A stretch of 63,875 nt of DNA, the filler included, from Globobulimina sp. (Eukaryota): NCBI GenBank assembly GCA_003354225.1. It is 50 parts of 50 records of this genome, joined end to end, with 100 filler letters (N's around TTAATTAATTAA, not from the genome) between each part and the next. Parts side by side here need not be neighbours in the genome. Positions count along the whole stretch, not along the records: positions 1 to 1,180 come from PIVH01021524.1; positions 1,281 to 2,460 come from PIVH01021525.1; positions 2,561 to 3,740 come from PIVH01021526.1; positions 3,841 to 5,020 come from PIVH01021527.1; positions 5,121 to 6,300 come from PIVH01021528.1; positions 6,401 to 7,580 come from PIVH01021529.1; positions 7,681 to 8,860 come from PIVH01021530.1; positions 8,961 to 10,140 come from PIVH01021531.1; 42 more parts are not named here. One strand, given 5' to 3'. This document shows positions 1-10,799 of the stretch, piece by piece. A program made the translations under genes and the position numbers. The notes below the pieces were generated by a model, which saw only the letters and a program-made list of their open reading frames with translations, ran no database searches and was not told where the DNA came from. The number at the start of each line of letters is the position of its first letter. Within the stretch, counting starts at the first letter, position 1.

Positions 1-1023
1 GGATGGCGCAGACAGCGGCAGCACCAGAATAATCTCTCACCAGTGGAGAACGGTTCACATTCACATGTGGTGATTGACTAAGGAGTGGAGAACGACCAGT
101 GGCTGGAGACCCAGAAAAACGAGATCTAGGTTTATCTTTGAGTGGCGTCATCTGATCAATAAGGACACTCGATATTAAAGGGCTGCTGTCCAGTAACGAT
201 CCGAATCCTGGCAGTGGTGTAATTTCTGACTGTGGCAACAATTCCGGATGCGCAAGAAATGAACTAAGGGAGGAGACCGAATTTGTTCTTTGGGTGCTGT
301 CCAACTGAGTGACAGGGACACTGTAGGTGGGCTGAAACAAAACACAAAATACTACTTAGAGGTCAGTGTATGTATACTATATAGGCAGGGCAGTCGTGCA
401 CAGGCGCATTGTCCTGGACAATCCGTGGAAGGTCTGGGACAATGCAGGGCGGGGGAAAAGGGGAAAGGGAAAAAGAGGCTGAAATCCTGGAATTTCTTGC
501 CTATATTCCACTACTGCACAAAATTTTGTTCCTCAAAACACCGACTTTCTAAAAATTATCTTGTATAAATGAATAAAAAAATATACCTCTTGTTGAACAT
601 TAGGAGGGACCGTTTTGATAGCATCAGTAGGTGCCAATCCACCGGGTGAAACGTTGCTTTGATCGACAAGTGAAACTTCCAAAGGCTGAAATAGAAACAC
701 AAAACATGATTGCCTTGTCAATGTAAGATATCATCAAACATACAGGTTGCTGTTGTACATCTGTTTGACCTTGTTCGTTTCGCGAAGCAGCATCCCTTTG
801 TGCAATTTTAATATTGGCTGCTACAGACTGCTCCATTAAAACTTTCATATTTAAAGCGAACTGTTCAAATTGACCAAGTCTATCACCATATGAGACCGTT
901 TTGTCCAAAAAACAGCTCATTTGTGATTCATTAGCCAATTGTCTCTTGACCAAGGTCAACTGCATGTCAAGGCCGTTTTTCTCCATTTTTAATTTATTGT
1001 ATTGTTGGTTGAGGGTTGCAAGT
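1..1023 (-). CDS. Partial multi-exon gene: coiled coil followed by a Ser/Pro-rich region (exons 1023-744, 685-587, 331-1)
   Basis: Three exons join in frame across GT..AG introns, and all three acceptors are TTTCAG (nematode-like consensus). Product ...QQQP|PLEVSLV...VQQE|PTYSVPV... Confidence 0.7.
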
Positions 1024-1180
1024 CTGAAACACATAAAAAATTATCTTAAATTCTGCAGTATTCAGGACTGCAACAGCAGGGTTCGTGAGTACATAAATCC
1101 GAAACCTAAATTCCTTGATTTTCCCCTGATTCAAATTGAAAATTCCCTGCCTAAAAAGTGATTATTGCTTGGTAATATTA

Positions 1181-1280
1181 NNNNNNNNNNNNNNNNNNNN
1201 NNNNNNNNNNNNNNNNNNNNNNNNTTAATTAATTAANNNNNNNNNNNNNNNNNNNNNNNNNNNNNNNNNNNNNNNNNNNN
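1181..1280. other. Artificial contig linker N44-TTAATTAATTAA-N44 (first of 49 identical linkers, about every 1280 bp)
   Basis: Identical 100-bp spacer with stops in all six frames. 25x1180 + 25x1179 + 49x100 = 63875, the exact window length. Confidence 0.99.
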
Positions 1281-1549
1281 ATAAAATGTTAATGGTTCCC
1301 GATGAAACACAACCTTTAAGAATTCAATTTTGACTTTCAATGTTTTTATTTTGAATAATCTGTAAAAAACTGTAAATTCAAAGAGTTTACAGTAAAAAAA
1401 CAGTAATTTCAAACTGAAAAGCAAAAAGTTAAATGTTACCTTTAACATTTTATTATTAACCTATTTTCCTTCCCTGAAATTTGTTTTGGATGTTGAATGA
1501 ATGATACCTTCTTAACCTTAAACTTTTTTTGCTTGTGATTTTTGTAACA

Positions 1550-2460
1550 ATGTCAAATGGAGAGAGCGCAACTTCTTGGATTGATGATGGAAAGGCGTTA
1601 TTATCATCACTTATGAGTCATGATCAAGCAAAACCATTAATTGATTCGTTTTATGATAACAATAATAATAATACAACACAAATTGATAAGAAATTACATT
1701 TTAAACAGATCGAAAATGATCTATTGAATGAAAACTATGATAATATTGATGCCTTATTTGGTGATGTAACTATTTTGTTTGAAAATGCAATGAAGATGTT
1801 CAGTGATGCAGATTATACAGAAAATATTGTTGGAATCAATGAAATTTTTGTCAAATATAAAAATAACTACAAAAAAAACAATAAAAAACAAATGAATTCG
1901 GACGCTCAAAAAAAAGAAAAAAAATCCAAACCACAGCCACATAAAATAAGAATGCAAAGAACCAACACAACGAATACAAATACAAAAAGACGAAGATCAG
2001 CACGTTTAGCAAAATTAAAAAATAATGATTCTGATTCTGATGTTAATGATATTGGTATTTATATAGGAATGAACGTTAAAAATACGAATGAAAACAAAAA
2101 GGAAAAGGAATTAAAAAAAAGACCGTTCACTGATATCAATCCGATTAATCGGAAAGATGATAATAATTCAAATTCAAATAAAATCGCGAGAATATCGACA
2201 GACCACACTTCACCGACAATGGATATTAGTCATAATCTGAGAAAACGAAATCGGCGATCACCGAGAAAAAAAAACAATGATTTGGATGATGTTGATATGA
2301 AAAATAATAATAATAAACATCCATATAATTTACCCAGTCAATCAAAGACGAAACATAAATTAAACAAATCGCCATCAAAATCGAAAACGCCAATTGCACC
2401 AAAAATCATCAATAATAATAAGAAGAAGAAGAAGAATGAGAATGAGAATGAGAATGAGAA
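1550..2460 (+). CDS. Partial protein with a degenerate N-terminal bromodomain-like region and an N/K-rich low-complexity tail
   Basis: LLSSLMSH..AKPL...KLHFKQIENDLLNENYDNIDALFGDVTILFENA resembles bromodomain helices. The ORF runs to the contig end in a (GAGAAT)n repeat. Confidence 0.55.
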
Positions 2461-2947
2461 NNNNNNNNNNNNNNNNNNNNNNNNNNNNNNNNNNNNNNNN
2501 NNNNTTAATTAATTAANNNNNNNNNNNNNNNNNNNNNNNNNNNNNNNNNNNNNNNNNNNNGAAGAGAGCGAGGAGCAACAGAGTTAGGTCAAGGAAAAAA
2601 AAATAAGACTGACATTTACATTTTGTGAGTAATATACTTGAATTATAATTAATCATTAATATTTCTGATGAACACTCGGAATTCATGCACATTTAGTTTG
2701 GTTGTATTAGTGTGAAAGTTTCTTACAAGTACATGAGGTACATGCCAGTGAGAGCTACACTGAAATCAAAAAAATTTTCTGAATCAAAACTCCCCCTCAA
2801 ACAATAAGAAATACGAACCATAGCAGAATTTATTGACATAATCACGATTTTAAAAATAAAATCGTTGATAGCAAGTAATGCGCAACGATGTAGGTTTGAA
2901 TCCTACCCGAGTCAGATCAGAATCTTCTTCTTTTTTTCCTCAATAAT

Positions 2948-3629
2948 CCTCATAGAAACAGGTTAAAGAAAATTAAATTAATGATTGCTTGTAATGTTTT
3001 GATATCATGCGGCAAATTGTGAGTTTTTAACATTCGCGATCGATTGTAACTGCTACCATAAACGTGCAGATCAATTTAAACACCATATAAACGTCACAAT
3101 TAATCTGTGCTATTATATGTTTGTATTTAATTGTTTATGATTATTCTCTGTGAATTTATATTCTACGTATTCCAATTTCACCACAATCATGCACTGCAGT
3201 CACAACTATTTGATCTAATTTTCATTGTGGTGATCGGACTTCAACGTTTGAAGTTAATCGCTCACCACAATAAATTAGCTCACTAGTTGTGTCTGCAGTG
3301 GTTGCAATTATTTACTTCTCGTACTTTAGAACAGCATTTATTTGAAACAGAAAATCGCTTTTGACACCTTGTATAAAAAAAATAAAATAATAAAATCAAT
3401 GTAATCAAATATTAAGTATCTCAAGCTATGACATGAATACGTTAACCTTTTACACAATAAACACTGACAAACTTTAATTATAAAAAAAAATGTAAAAAAA
3501 AAAATACACAATTATACAATATACTCACTGTGTGTTGTTGTGTTAATTTTTCCTCATAGAATTAAACAAGTTAGAAAATTAAATTAATGATTGCTTGTAA
3601 TGTTTTGATATCATGTGGCAAATTGTGAG
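2948..3629. repeat. Dispersed ~75-bp direct repeat (2948-3023 and 3552-3629)
   Basis: Both copies read cctcatagaa...agaaaattaaattaatgattgcttgtaatgttttgatatcatg(c/t)ggcaaattgtgag. Confidence 0.9.
3192..3300. repeat. ~110-bp imperfect palindrome (fold-back hairpin)
   Basis: The left arm cactgcagtcacaactatttgatctaattttcattgtggtgatcggacttcaa closely matches the reverse complement of the right arm (cactgcagacacaactagtgagctaatttattgtggtgagcgattaacttcaa). The loop is only a few nt. Confidence 0.9.
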
Positions 3630-3840
3630 CTGTTATGAAATTAAAAAGTATATTGTATTCGGCTTGTTTCTCAAACATTCGATTGTAATTCAGCAGTTTA
3701 AAAAAGGTGAATGTGTACATGTTTATTTCCACCATATGTGNNNNNNNNNNNNNNNNNNNNNNNNNNNNNNNNNNNNNNNNNNNNTTAATTAATTAANNNN
3801 NNNNNNNNNNNNNNNNNNNNNNNNNNNNNNNNNNNNNNNN

Positions 3841-4394
3841 GAAAGCACTCAAAATGCAGAATTACAAATTAAATTGTTAGAGACCAAGTCTGAACTTTCC
3901 ACTGCTGAATCAAAAATAGAGAAATTAGAAGGATTGGTGATGGAAAGGGGGAAAGAAATTGAAAATTTGAACGAAAGATTGAATGATTTACAAGTGAGTT
4001 TTGATGAAAATGTTAGGATAGTCTATTTAGAACAGTCCAGGATGTTTCGGGAGATATGGTAACTCCATACTGGGGAACATTTTCAGTGGGAATGTTACCA
4101 TATCCTTTCTGAATCCACACTTCCTTTTGTTTAGGAACAATTGTTACAGTCAGAGCAAAATCTCTCTGATCAAGCATGTGATAGAGCTCAACTACAAGAA
4201 ACGAATAGAGCTCTTAAAAGCTTAAAGGAAAAATATACTGCATCAGTAAGTGATATTATTGATAACTCTACACTATACATGATCCTAATTTACAGAAAAC
4301 CATGTTAGACGAATTCTTTGCTGACAAAACAAAATTACAAGAAACAATCGCAATTCTCCGTGAAGAGGTCAAAGATTTATACGAAAAATACAAT
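3841..4394 (+). CDS. Partial coiled-coil protein (exons 3841-3993, 4135-4245, 4296-4394)
   Basis: Heptad-rich E/K/L exons joined in phase 0 by GTGAGT/GTAAGT..AG introns. Confidence 0.65.
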
Positions 4395-5154
4395 GTAAGT
4401 GAGGTGTAATTTTTATTCCACTTCATATTTACAGTACCTACTATTGTGGAAATTTTGCGCAAATTTTTGTCTGAAACTTCACTTTCTACTACAGTTGATG
4501 TACAGTGATAGAACAGTAATCCATAATCCTTCACTGAAATGTTTGCTTTTAGCATTTCCCCAAATTCTGCCAATACTGTGGCAAATGTGGCACGCAAGAG
4601 GACGGACATGAATATCGTGTTCTTTCATCGCGCAACCGTCATTTTGGGACTTGTAAGGCCATTAAGTAAGTATATGTGGTATATATGATGGTGGTACATA
4701 AAAGACTATGTATGTATAAACATGTGATGTCATTATTAAAATCAGTACCTAATTGTTTTTAAGTGCTGTAACAAACCACTTTGTTTCTCAACTACATACC
4801 TATGTAATTTGTAGTTCACTAACTATTTTTAATGATCAATTTAGTAAAGCAGATATGTTGTGACAAAGCCAGACAATTTATATGTTCCATTTCGCTATAA
4901 AATCAGTTAATTTAAATAATCTTTAGATTCTGTCGAATGCCGAATTTCTTTTTTATTACAATTAAAAAAACGGAAATAAATGATAAAAGTATGTAATTGA
5001 CTGACTAATTTTGGTTGTTTNNNNNNNNNNNNNNNNNNNNNNNNNNNNNNNNNNNNNNNNNNNNTTAATTAATTAANNNNNNNNNNNNNNNNNNNNNNNN
5101 NNNNNNNNNNNNNNNNNNNNAAATAGTACCGTTTTTTTTCATAAAAGGAAAATA

Positions 5155-5787
5155 ATGGATATCTGTTTCAAACACCCCTTTACTTGTTGTGTGGCGGGGG
5201 CCACCAGATCAGGCAAAACCGAATGGACAAAACGTTTTGTACTTAATTGTGATTCTCTGATGGATGTTCCTCCTGAAAAGATAATTTGGTGTTACTCGGA
5301 ATTTCAACCTTCATACAATGAACTTAGTAGCTTAAAAAACTTTCATTTTCATGAAGGTGTCCCTGATCTAAGTTTACTGAAAACACCTGAACCAAAACTT
5401 GTTGTTTTTGATGATTTAATGTCAGAGTTTGGTAAAAGTAAGAAATCTGACTTGACAAAATTGTTTACTAGAGGTTGCCATCATTGGAATTGTTCCGCTA
5501 TTCATATAGTGCAAAATCTTTTCTTTAATAATATTAGAGATGCCAGAATTAACAGTCACTACTTAGTTTTATTGCGTAATCCAAGTGATAAACTACAGGT
5601 CATGAACATAGGCAGACAGATATTTCCTCATCAACAAAAGTATTTCTTGGATGCTTACTCTGATGCATGTTCTACTCCATACAGCTATTTACTTGTTGAT
5701 TTGAGCCCTGAGAGTTGTGACGAAATAAGACTGAGAACTAACATTTTCCCACCAGAAATATGTCATGCTTATCTACCTAAGAGTTAG
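5155..5787 (+). CDS. Maverick/Polinton (adintovirus) A32-like genome-packaging ATPase
   Basis: FKHPFTCCVAGATRSGKT (Walker A), LVVFDDLM (Walker B), LFTRGCHHWNCSAIHIVQNLF and RINSHYLVLLRNPSD are signature motifs of this family. Intronless, 210 aa. Confidence 0.93.
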   Translation: MDICFKHPFTCCVAGATRSGKTEWTKRFVLNCDSLMDVPPEKIIWCYSEFQPSYNELSSLKNFHFHEGVPDLSLLKTPEPKLVVFDDLMSEFGKSKKSDLTKLFTRGCHHWNCSAIHIVQNLFFNNIRDARINSHYLVLLRNPSDKLQVMNIGRQIFPHQQKYFLDAYSDACSTPYSYLLVDLSPESCDEIRLRTNIFPPEICHAYLPKS

Positions 5788-5845
5788 GCTGCTTATATCA
5801 CATTATATAACTTGCTTCTTGTCAGTGTGAGTTGTTTTGTTGTTC

Positions 5846-6300
5846 ATGGGTGGTGTGTTTTCTAAACCAGATATGGACGCCCCTCCTCAAACAATACGTA
5901 TTAATTTGGCAAAGGCTTTCTTTGACCCATATAAAGATGAAAAAGATTTTTACTGTGCAGAAAAGGAAAAGATCATGCGAACAGCTTTTCTGGTGTTCTA
6001 CATGGATGAATTGCGTCAAAGTCTCAAATACTATGTCACAGAACTCTGTGTTGGTTGCAATCAGGATATTGGTGGCAAGGCAGTCCCAGTTGCTCGCCCT
6101 CACACATGTGTGAAGTATGAGTCAATGCGTCAGGCCTACAATGACTATGGAGCATGCGCTATCAGTGCTATCAATCAGAACAATGCGATCAGATGGAAAA
6201 TTTGCCGAAAATGGTGGGATTTCATTTTTGATCTGCCTGCTTGCAGTTCAATTACTCATAAGGACGCGGTCAAGTTCACAGAAAAATGGGAGAATGACTA
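5846..6300 (+). CDS. Partial hypothetical Maverick-associated ORF with a CxGC...HxC motif
   Basis: Intronless ORF 58 bp downstream of the ATPase on the same contig. CVGCNQD...PHTC is a putative metal-binding motif. Confidence 0.55.
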
Positions 6301-6414
6301 NNNNNNNNNNNNNNNNNNNNNNNNNNNNNNNNNNNNNNNNNNNNTTAATTAATTAANNNNNNNNNNNNNNNNNNNNNNNNNNNNNNNNNNNNNNNNNNNN
6401 CCGTGTTCATTGTG

Positions 6415-6641
6415 TGAAAGGCGTTGTCCCAACTTGTAGAATTCTACAACATTTCATTTACAAGACTTGTGCATGACTTGTAGACTGTTCATGACTTGTA
6501 GACTGTACATGACTTGTAGACATGGCAACTTGTAGACTGTGGATAATAATATCCACTCTTTCTTTCAAATCTGACGGTGTGCGTGTTGGGACAACTGCGA
6601 AACTACCTTCCAAATTCTACAAGTTGGGACAACGCCTTTCA
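6415..6641. mobile_element. Non-autonomous MITE, 227 bp, with perfect 29-bp TIRs and internal ~17-bp tandem repeats
   Basis: TGAAAGGCGTTGTCCCAACTTGTAGAATT at 6415-6443 and its exact reverse complement at 6613-6641. Internal (catgacttgtagactgt)-like repeats. No clear TSD. Confidence 0.85.
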
Positions 6642-7680
6642 TATTACTTTACGATTAAAGCAACTACAATAAATATACGGAGCGCAGCAGGGAATCATCA
6701 CAAACAAATACAAAATATTATCATATTTTATTCACACTCAACTTTATATTGCTCAGCAAATGTTATTCTCATAATGTTGTTGGATATTTGTATGGTAGGT
6801 ATTTGTAACGAGGATTTAGGACAATATTAATTTTCAATGATTTATTATTTGATTCATAATTTTGATAATAGTACCCATAAAATCTAAGTAGACAATGCAT
6901 AAAACTATGAGATTAAAAATGGATAAGGAGACATGCATACTGTTTTATTTTTTTTGCATTCATTCATTGATATTCGAATGGATCTATTTTTTTTGATCAT
7001 AAATCAATGTACGTAGCTAATAACATGTTGGTAAGAATTTGTATGTAGAATGATGAGTTGATGTTTGTTTGTTACAAAAACCTTTTAGTTGCCATGCCAT
7101 AAAGATGCTCTCCAAGATTGTGTCTATTTATAAACAGTGATATTTGCACATTACTTTTTAAGTAAAAAATAAGAGTTTACTGTGAGTATTGGAAAGGCTT
7201 ATTTTGTACTTTTTTGTCTGTTATTTTTTCACTTTTTTATATATCCTTACACTTTGTAATCGGAGAGTTTTGAGTACTTATCAGATGTCTCTTGCAGCAA
7301 CAACCTCTGCGCTTCTATCAAGCAACATCTTAAAAAGGGAAACAACATCTTCAGCCACTCATTTTCATCGATTACTCGCCAAAGAGTCCTGGGAGATTCA
7401 ATCGATATATTTCTGATTGTCAGTATTCTAAATATATTGGCACATTAAACTGGATCTAGTCTAATATAAAATATTCTTAATTCCTAAATTCCAATCTTAA
7501 ATTTCCAATTCTCAGGAATAGCAACATCCTCTTTTTCTTCTTCTTTCTCATCCTTTTTTTCATGCTCACTGTCTTGCTCANNNNNNNNNNNNNNNNNNNN
7601 NNNNNNNNNNNNNNNNNNNNNNNNTTAATTAATTAANNNNNNNNNNNNNNNNNNNNNNNNNNNNNNNNNNNNNNNNNNNN

Positions 7681-8177
7681 ACGAGTTCACTTTGAAGTAC
7701 TGGTAATTCCTTCTCGATACTATCTTCTACAAACTTGTGTTTCTTAAGGGGGTCATACTTGACAATTGTATGGGATGAACGCGCCCATTTCTCATCGCTA
7801 TCTGACCCTGTAATCTTTACAACCTTATTGTTTTCGTCTAATCTTTTAATTGAGCATCGTAGGTGTAGCATCAGGGAGCGTGAATCCAACAGCAGATCAT
7901 TTTCCGTACGAATGTGAAAAATTGTCGCGTCACTTACATTTAACGGTTGATGTGAAATAGTTTGTGTTGAATCTATATCGAAGTTGATTTGCCGACCAGC
8001 GAATGCGTTTAACCTCACATCCGTTGATGCCATAATATCCGGGATTTTGGTTTGAACGGGATCTGTATTTACTGTGCTCGCTATACGTTTATTCAATGCC
8101 TCTTCTAAGTTTTCCTCAAGTAGATTATTTGAAACTTTCCCGTGTAAGCGACGTTAGATTGATGTTTTAGATGGCAT
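7681..8177 (-). CDS. Partial Maverick/adintovirus major capsid (hexon-like) protein, N-terminal part; possibly a pseudogene
   Basis: VRLNAFAGRQINFDIDSTQTISHQPL...FHIRTENDLLLDSRSLMLHLRCSI matches the Maverick MCP N-terminal pattern (LDLF..PTQTSI..EYHP..IEF...YIDL..TYLYVKCKI). The ATG at 8177 is followed by an in-frame TAA at 8156-8154; an alternative ATG lies near 8033. Confidence 0.65.
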
Positions 8178-8186
8178 CTTTTCCGA

Positions 8187-8594
8187 TTAGAAATTATTTC
8201 TCCTTTTCGGTGCTTTACGCCTAACTGTTCTTTTAATAATAGCTCTTTCCGGAACTGTATTACGTTTACGTAAGGTTGTTTGATTTTTCTTCTTACGTAA
8301 AGTCAATTTATCCTTTTTAGCAGTAATTGTCGGTTGAATCTTTTTCTTCTTCTTATTTCCAACTGGCACTTTTCTGGAAGACTTTCTTGTTGCGGATTTC
8401 TTCACAGTAGATTTCTTTTTGTATACACAAACGCAATCGACACACTTTTTTACCTTCTTTTCAGGTTTTGGTGCTAACACGTCAATGGAAGTTAGCGTGG
8501 TAATTCCGCGAGAAAGGCAAAGCAAAGTTGGGGAACAGAGCAAACCTCGCTTTTGACTGTCTTTTGCGAGCGAACTGAGAACCTGCCAAGACAT
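8187..8594 (-). CDS. Highly basic K/R-rich protein, putative viral DNA-condensing core protein
   Basis: The C-terminal half is dominated by K/R (KKSATRKSSRK...TVRRKAPKRRNNF). Its stop lies about 10 bp upstream of the capsid ATG. Confidence 0.55.
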   Translation of the reverse strand: MSWQVLSSLAKDSQKRGLLCSPTLLCLSRGITTLTSIDVLAPKPEKKVKKCVDCVCVYKKKSTVKKSATRKSSRKVPVGNKKKKKIQPTITAKKDKLTLRKKKNQTTLRKRNTVPERAIIKRTVRRKAPKRRNNF

Positions 8595-9285
8595 GAAGAC
8601 TTTGATAGAATGATGTTTGATCACATCTGTTTGATTTATATATCAAATCCTACAACAGCAACAGCAGCAGCAGCAGCAGCAGCAGATGTTGAATCATTAA
8701 GACAATAGTATAAACTACCACAAAAGGTGAACTACATAGAGGAATGATACCACGAATTACGCATACCGCCAGTTGCGTAAAAAAAAAAAATCCAGTTCAA
8801 TCCGGATCAAACTGGATTTTAACAATAGGAGTGAGATTACCGCGACTTGTGGTGCATAATNNNNNNNNNNNNNNNNNNNNNNNNNNNNNNNNNNNNNNNN
8901 NNNNTTAATTAATTAANNNNNNNNNNNNNNNNNNNNNNNNNNNNNNNNNNNNNNNNNNNNGTTTTCCAAATTTCAGATAACTATAGATTTGTCTTGAGTT
9001 TGTTCTGCGTTTGTTCTGCCTTGTCTTGGGTTTGCAAATCCAGCACAAAATCAAAACAAATTTACTTTATTTTCCATTTCAGAATTCAGATAACTATAAG
9101 ATATTCCAAAGAACAGTTTTTTGAAACCATGAGCACAACGGACAGAGCTGTGACGTGAAAATGAATTGACAACAACAGACAGCATCACTCTGATCAGTCT
9201 GATGAAGTGAAATAAATATTTATAAATTAATAATTATTGATAATTTACTATACATTAACTATATAATAGTGTGAGAGTCAGACAT

Positions 9286-10110
9286 TTAACTGTATGGTTC
9301 AGTACAATGTAATCCAGTGTCAGCAAAAGGCATTGAGGCATATGGCACCCACTTATTACAATCAACAAACGCATGTTCCCTTTGTATTCCATAACAATTA
9401 CAATACCATTCAAACGATAATATGGCTCCTTTCATAGGACATCGTGTACATTCTTTGCAATTCAAACACATGATCTGCGTAACATTGCTCATCAAATATC
9501 TCAATCGATAACTCCCAATAAACTCTCCTGTTCGATCACAGCCAGCTTCACAATGCGCATACATAACAACCGGTAATTTATCCTCGCGCTCAGTTAATAA
9601 AAACTGCCGAGTCATATCGATCCTCATTGGGATCCTATCGTGATTCCATAAATACGACGCATTATTAACGCACATAGCATTGATGGCAGCGGGTGTCATC
9701 GAGGAAGGGTCATATTTCTGCTCTGGATTCCAGTTTAAATCCCAATGGTAATTATACCCAAATTTCTCCATATAACCTCTTGCGGCGTAATAATTGTCTT
9801 CAAGCGATGTCTCAGGAACATCATTCTTGTCATCAGCATCCAACATTAAATCCATCAAATAATATTTCGCTGGGAATGGTAAACCAGACTCGTTGGCGCG
9901 GCGTGCCATATATTGATCCAATGTATCATACGCAAATTGGTTATTTAAGGTTGGTGAACTGCCACGAAATAAATAATTAATCACTCCATCACTGAATTTC
10001 TTAACGTCCACTAAATGCACTCTTTCTAATTTCAACGTGTCATTTAAATCATGATCATCAACAGATAGCGCGATATGCATTAAACAGAGACAAATAATAA
10101 ACGACCACAT
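9286..10110 (-). CDS. Signal-peptide-bearing PTP/dual-specificity phosphatase-like protein
   Basis: Hydrophobic N-terminus MWSFIICLCLMHIALS. CX5R active-site loop VMYAHCEAGCDRTG. Complete 274-aa ORF. Confidence 0.85.
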   Translation of the reverse strand: MWSFIICLCLMHIALSVDDHDLNDTLKLERVHLVDVKKFSDGVINYLFRGSSPTLNNQFAYDTLDQYMARRANESGLPFPAKYYLMDLMLDADDKNDVPETSLEDNYYAARGYMEKFGYNYHWDLNWNPEQKYDPSSMTPAAINAMCVNNASYLWNHDRIPMRIDMTRQFLLTEREDKLPVVMYAHCEAGCDRTGEFIGSYRLRYLMSNVTQIMCLNCKECTRCPMKGAILSFEWYCNCYGIQREHAFVDCNKWVPYASMPFADTGLHCTEPYS

Positions 10111-10799
10111 GCTGGACTTCCTAAGAGATTTTGTTTAAAANNNNNNNNNNNNNNNNNNNNNNNNNNNNNNNNNNNNNNNNNNNNTTAATTAATTAANNNN
10201 NNNNNNNNNNNNNNNNNNNNNNNNNNNNNNNNNNNNNNNNCTTCTTTGTGACAAACAACGGATGGACCGACGTTGAAAATTATTATGTATATTTGGGTTT
10301 TTTTTAGCAGAAAATCCTGATAAGAAAGCAATGTCTTTTTGAGCTGATTAGTGATTATAAAGGATGGATCATTGAACTTTAATGATACAATAAAAGCATC
10401 AGCCTGTTTGTGTGCAAATAATGATAAATTTGCACGCATAGTGATCCTGTTATTAATAATTCAAGCCGTGCCACAATATTAAAGACGACAAATTTCTACA
10501 ATATTGGTCTACAATGGGTGTTGGTGAAAAGTCAAACATCTCATAAAGATAAATTACAGTGTGAATGGAAGGGAACATTGAATGATTTAATCCATAAACA
10601 TATTATAGAAAGCACCAAAAACAGAACAAAGAATTGAATCAACAAATTGTACGTAACGACCCTCGATTAAGGGCAGAGTGCATACTATGAAGATATTCGA
10701 TTTGAAACAGATTAAAAGTATCTAATTAAAAGTATCGATTTGATACTCAATATCTAATATAAACTTAAAGGAAAATTAATTATTATTACAATCAAGAAA

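Noticed and set aside
406..445. 14-bp intronic hairpin as a Helitron end or terminator
   Set aside because: No CTRR terminus or other element boundary is visible, and there is only one instance.
5121..8860. ATPase, MITE and capsid contigs as one contiguous Maverick element
   Set aside because: They are separate contigs ordered only by length, so their proximity carries no linkage information.
10410..10640. TRAF-type zinc-finger relic (CEWKGTLNDLIHKH)
   Set aside because: Too short and disrupted to support a feature call.
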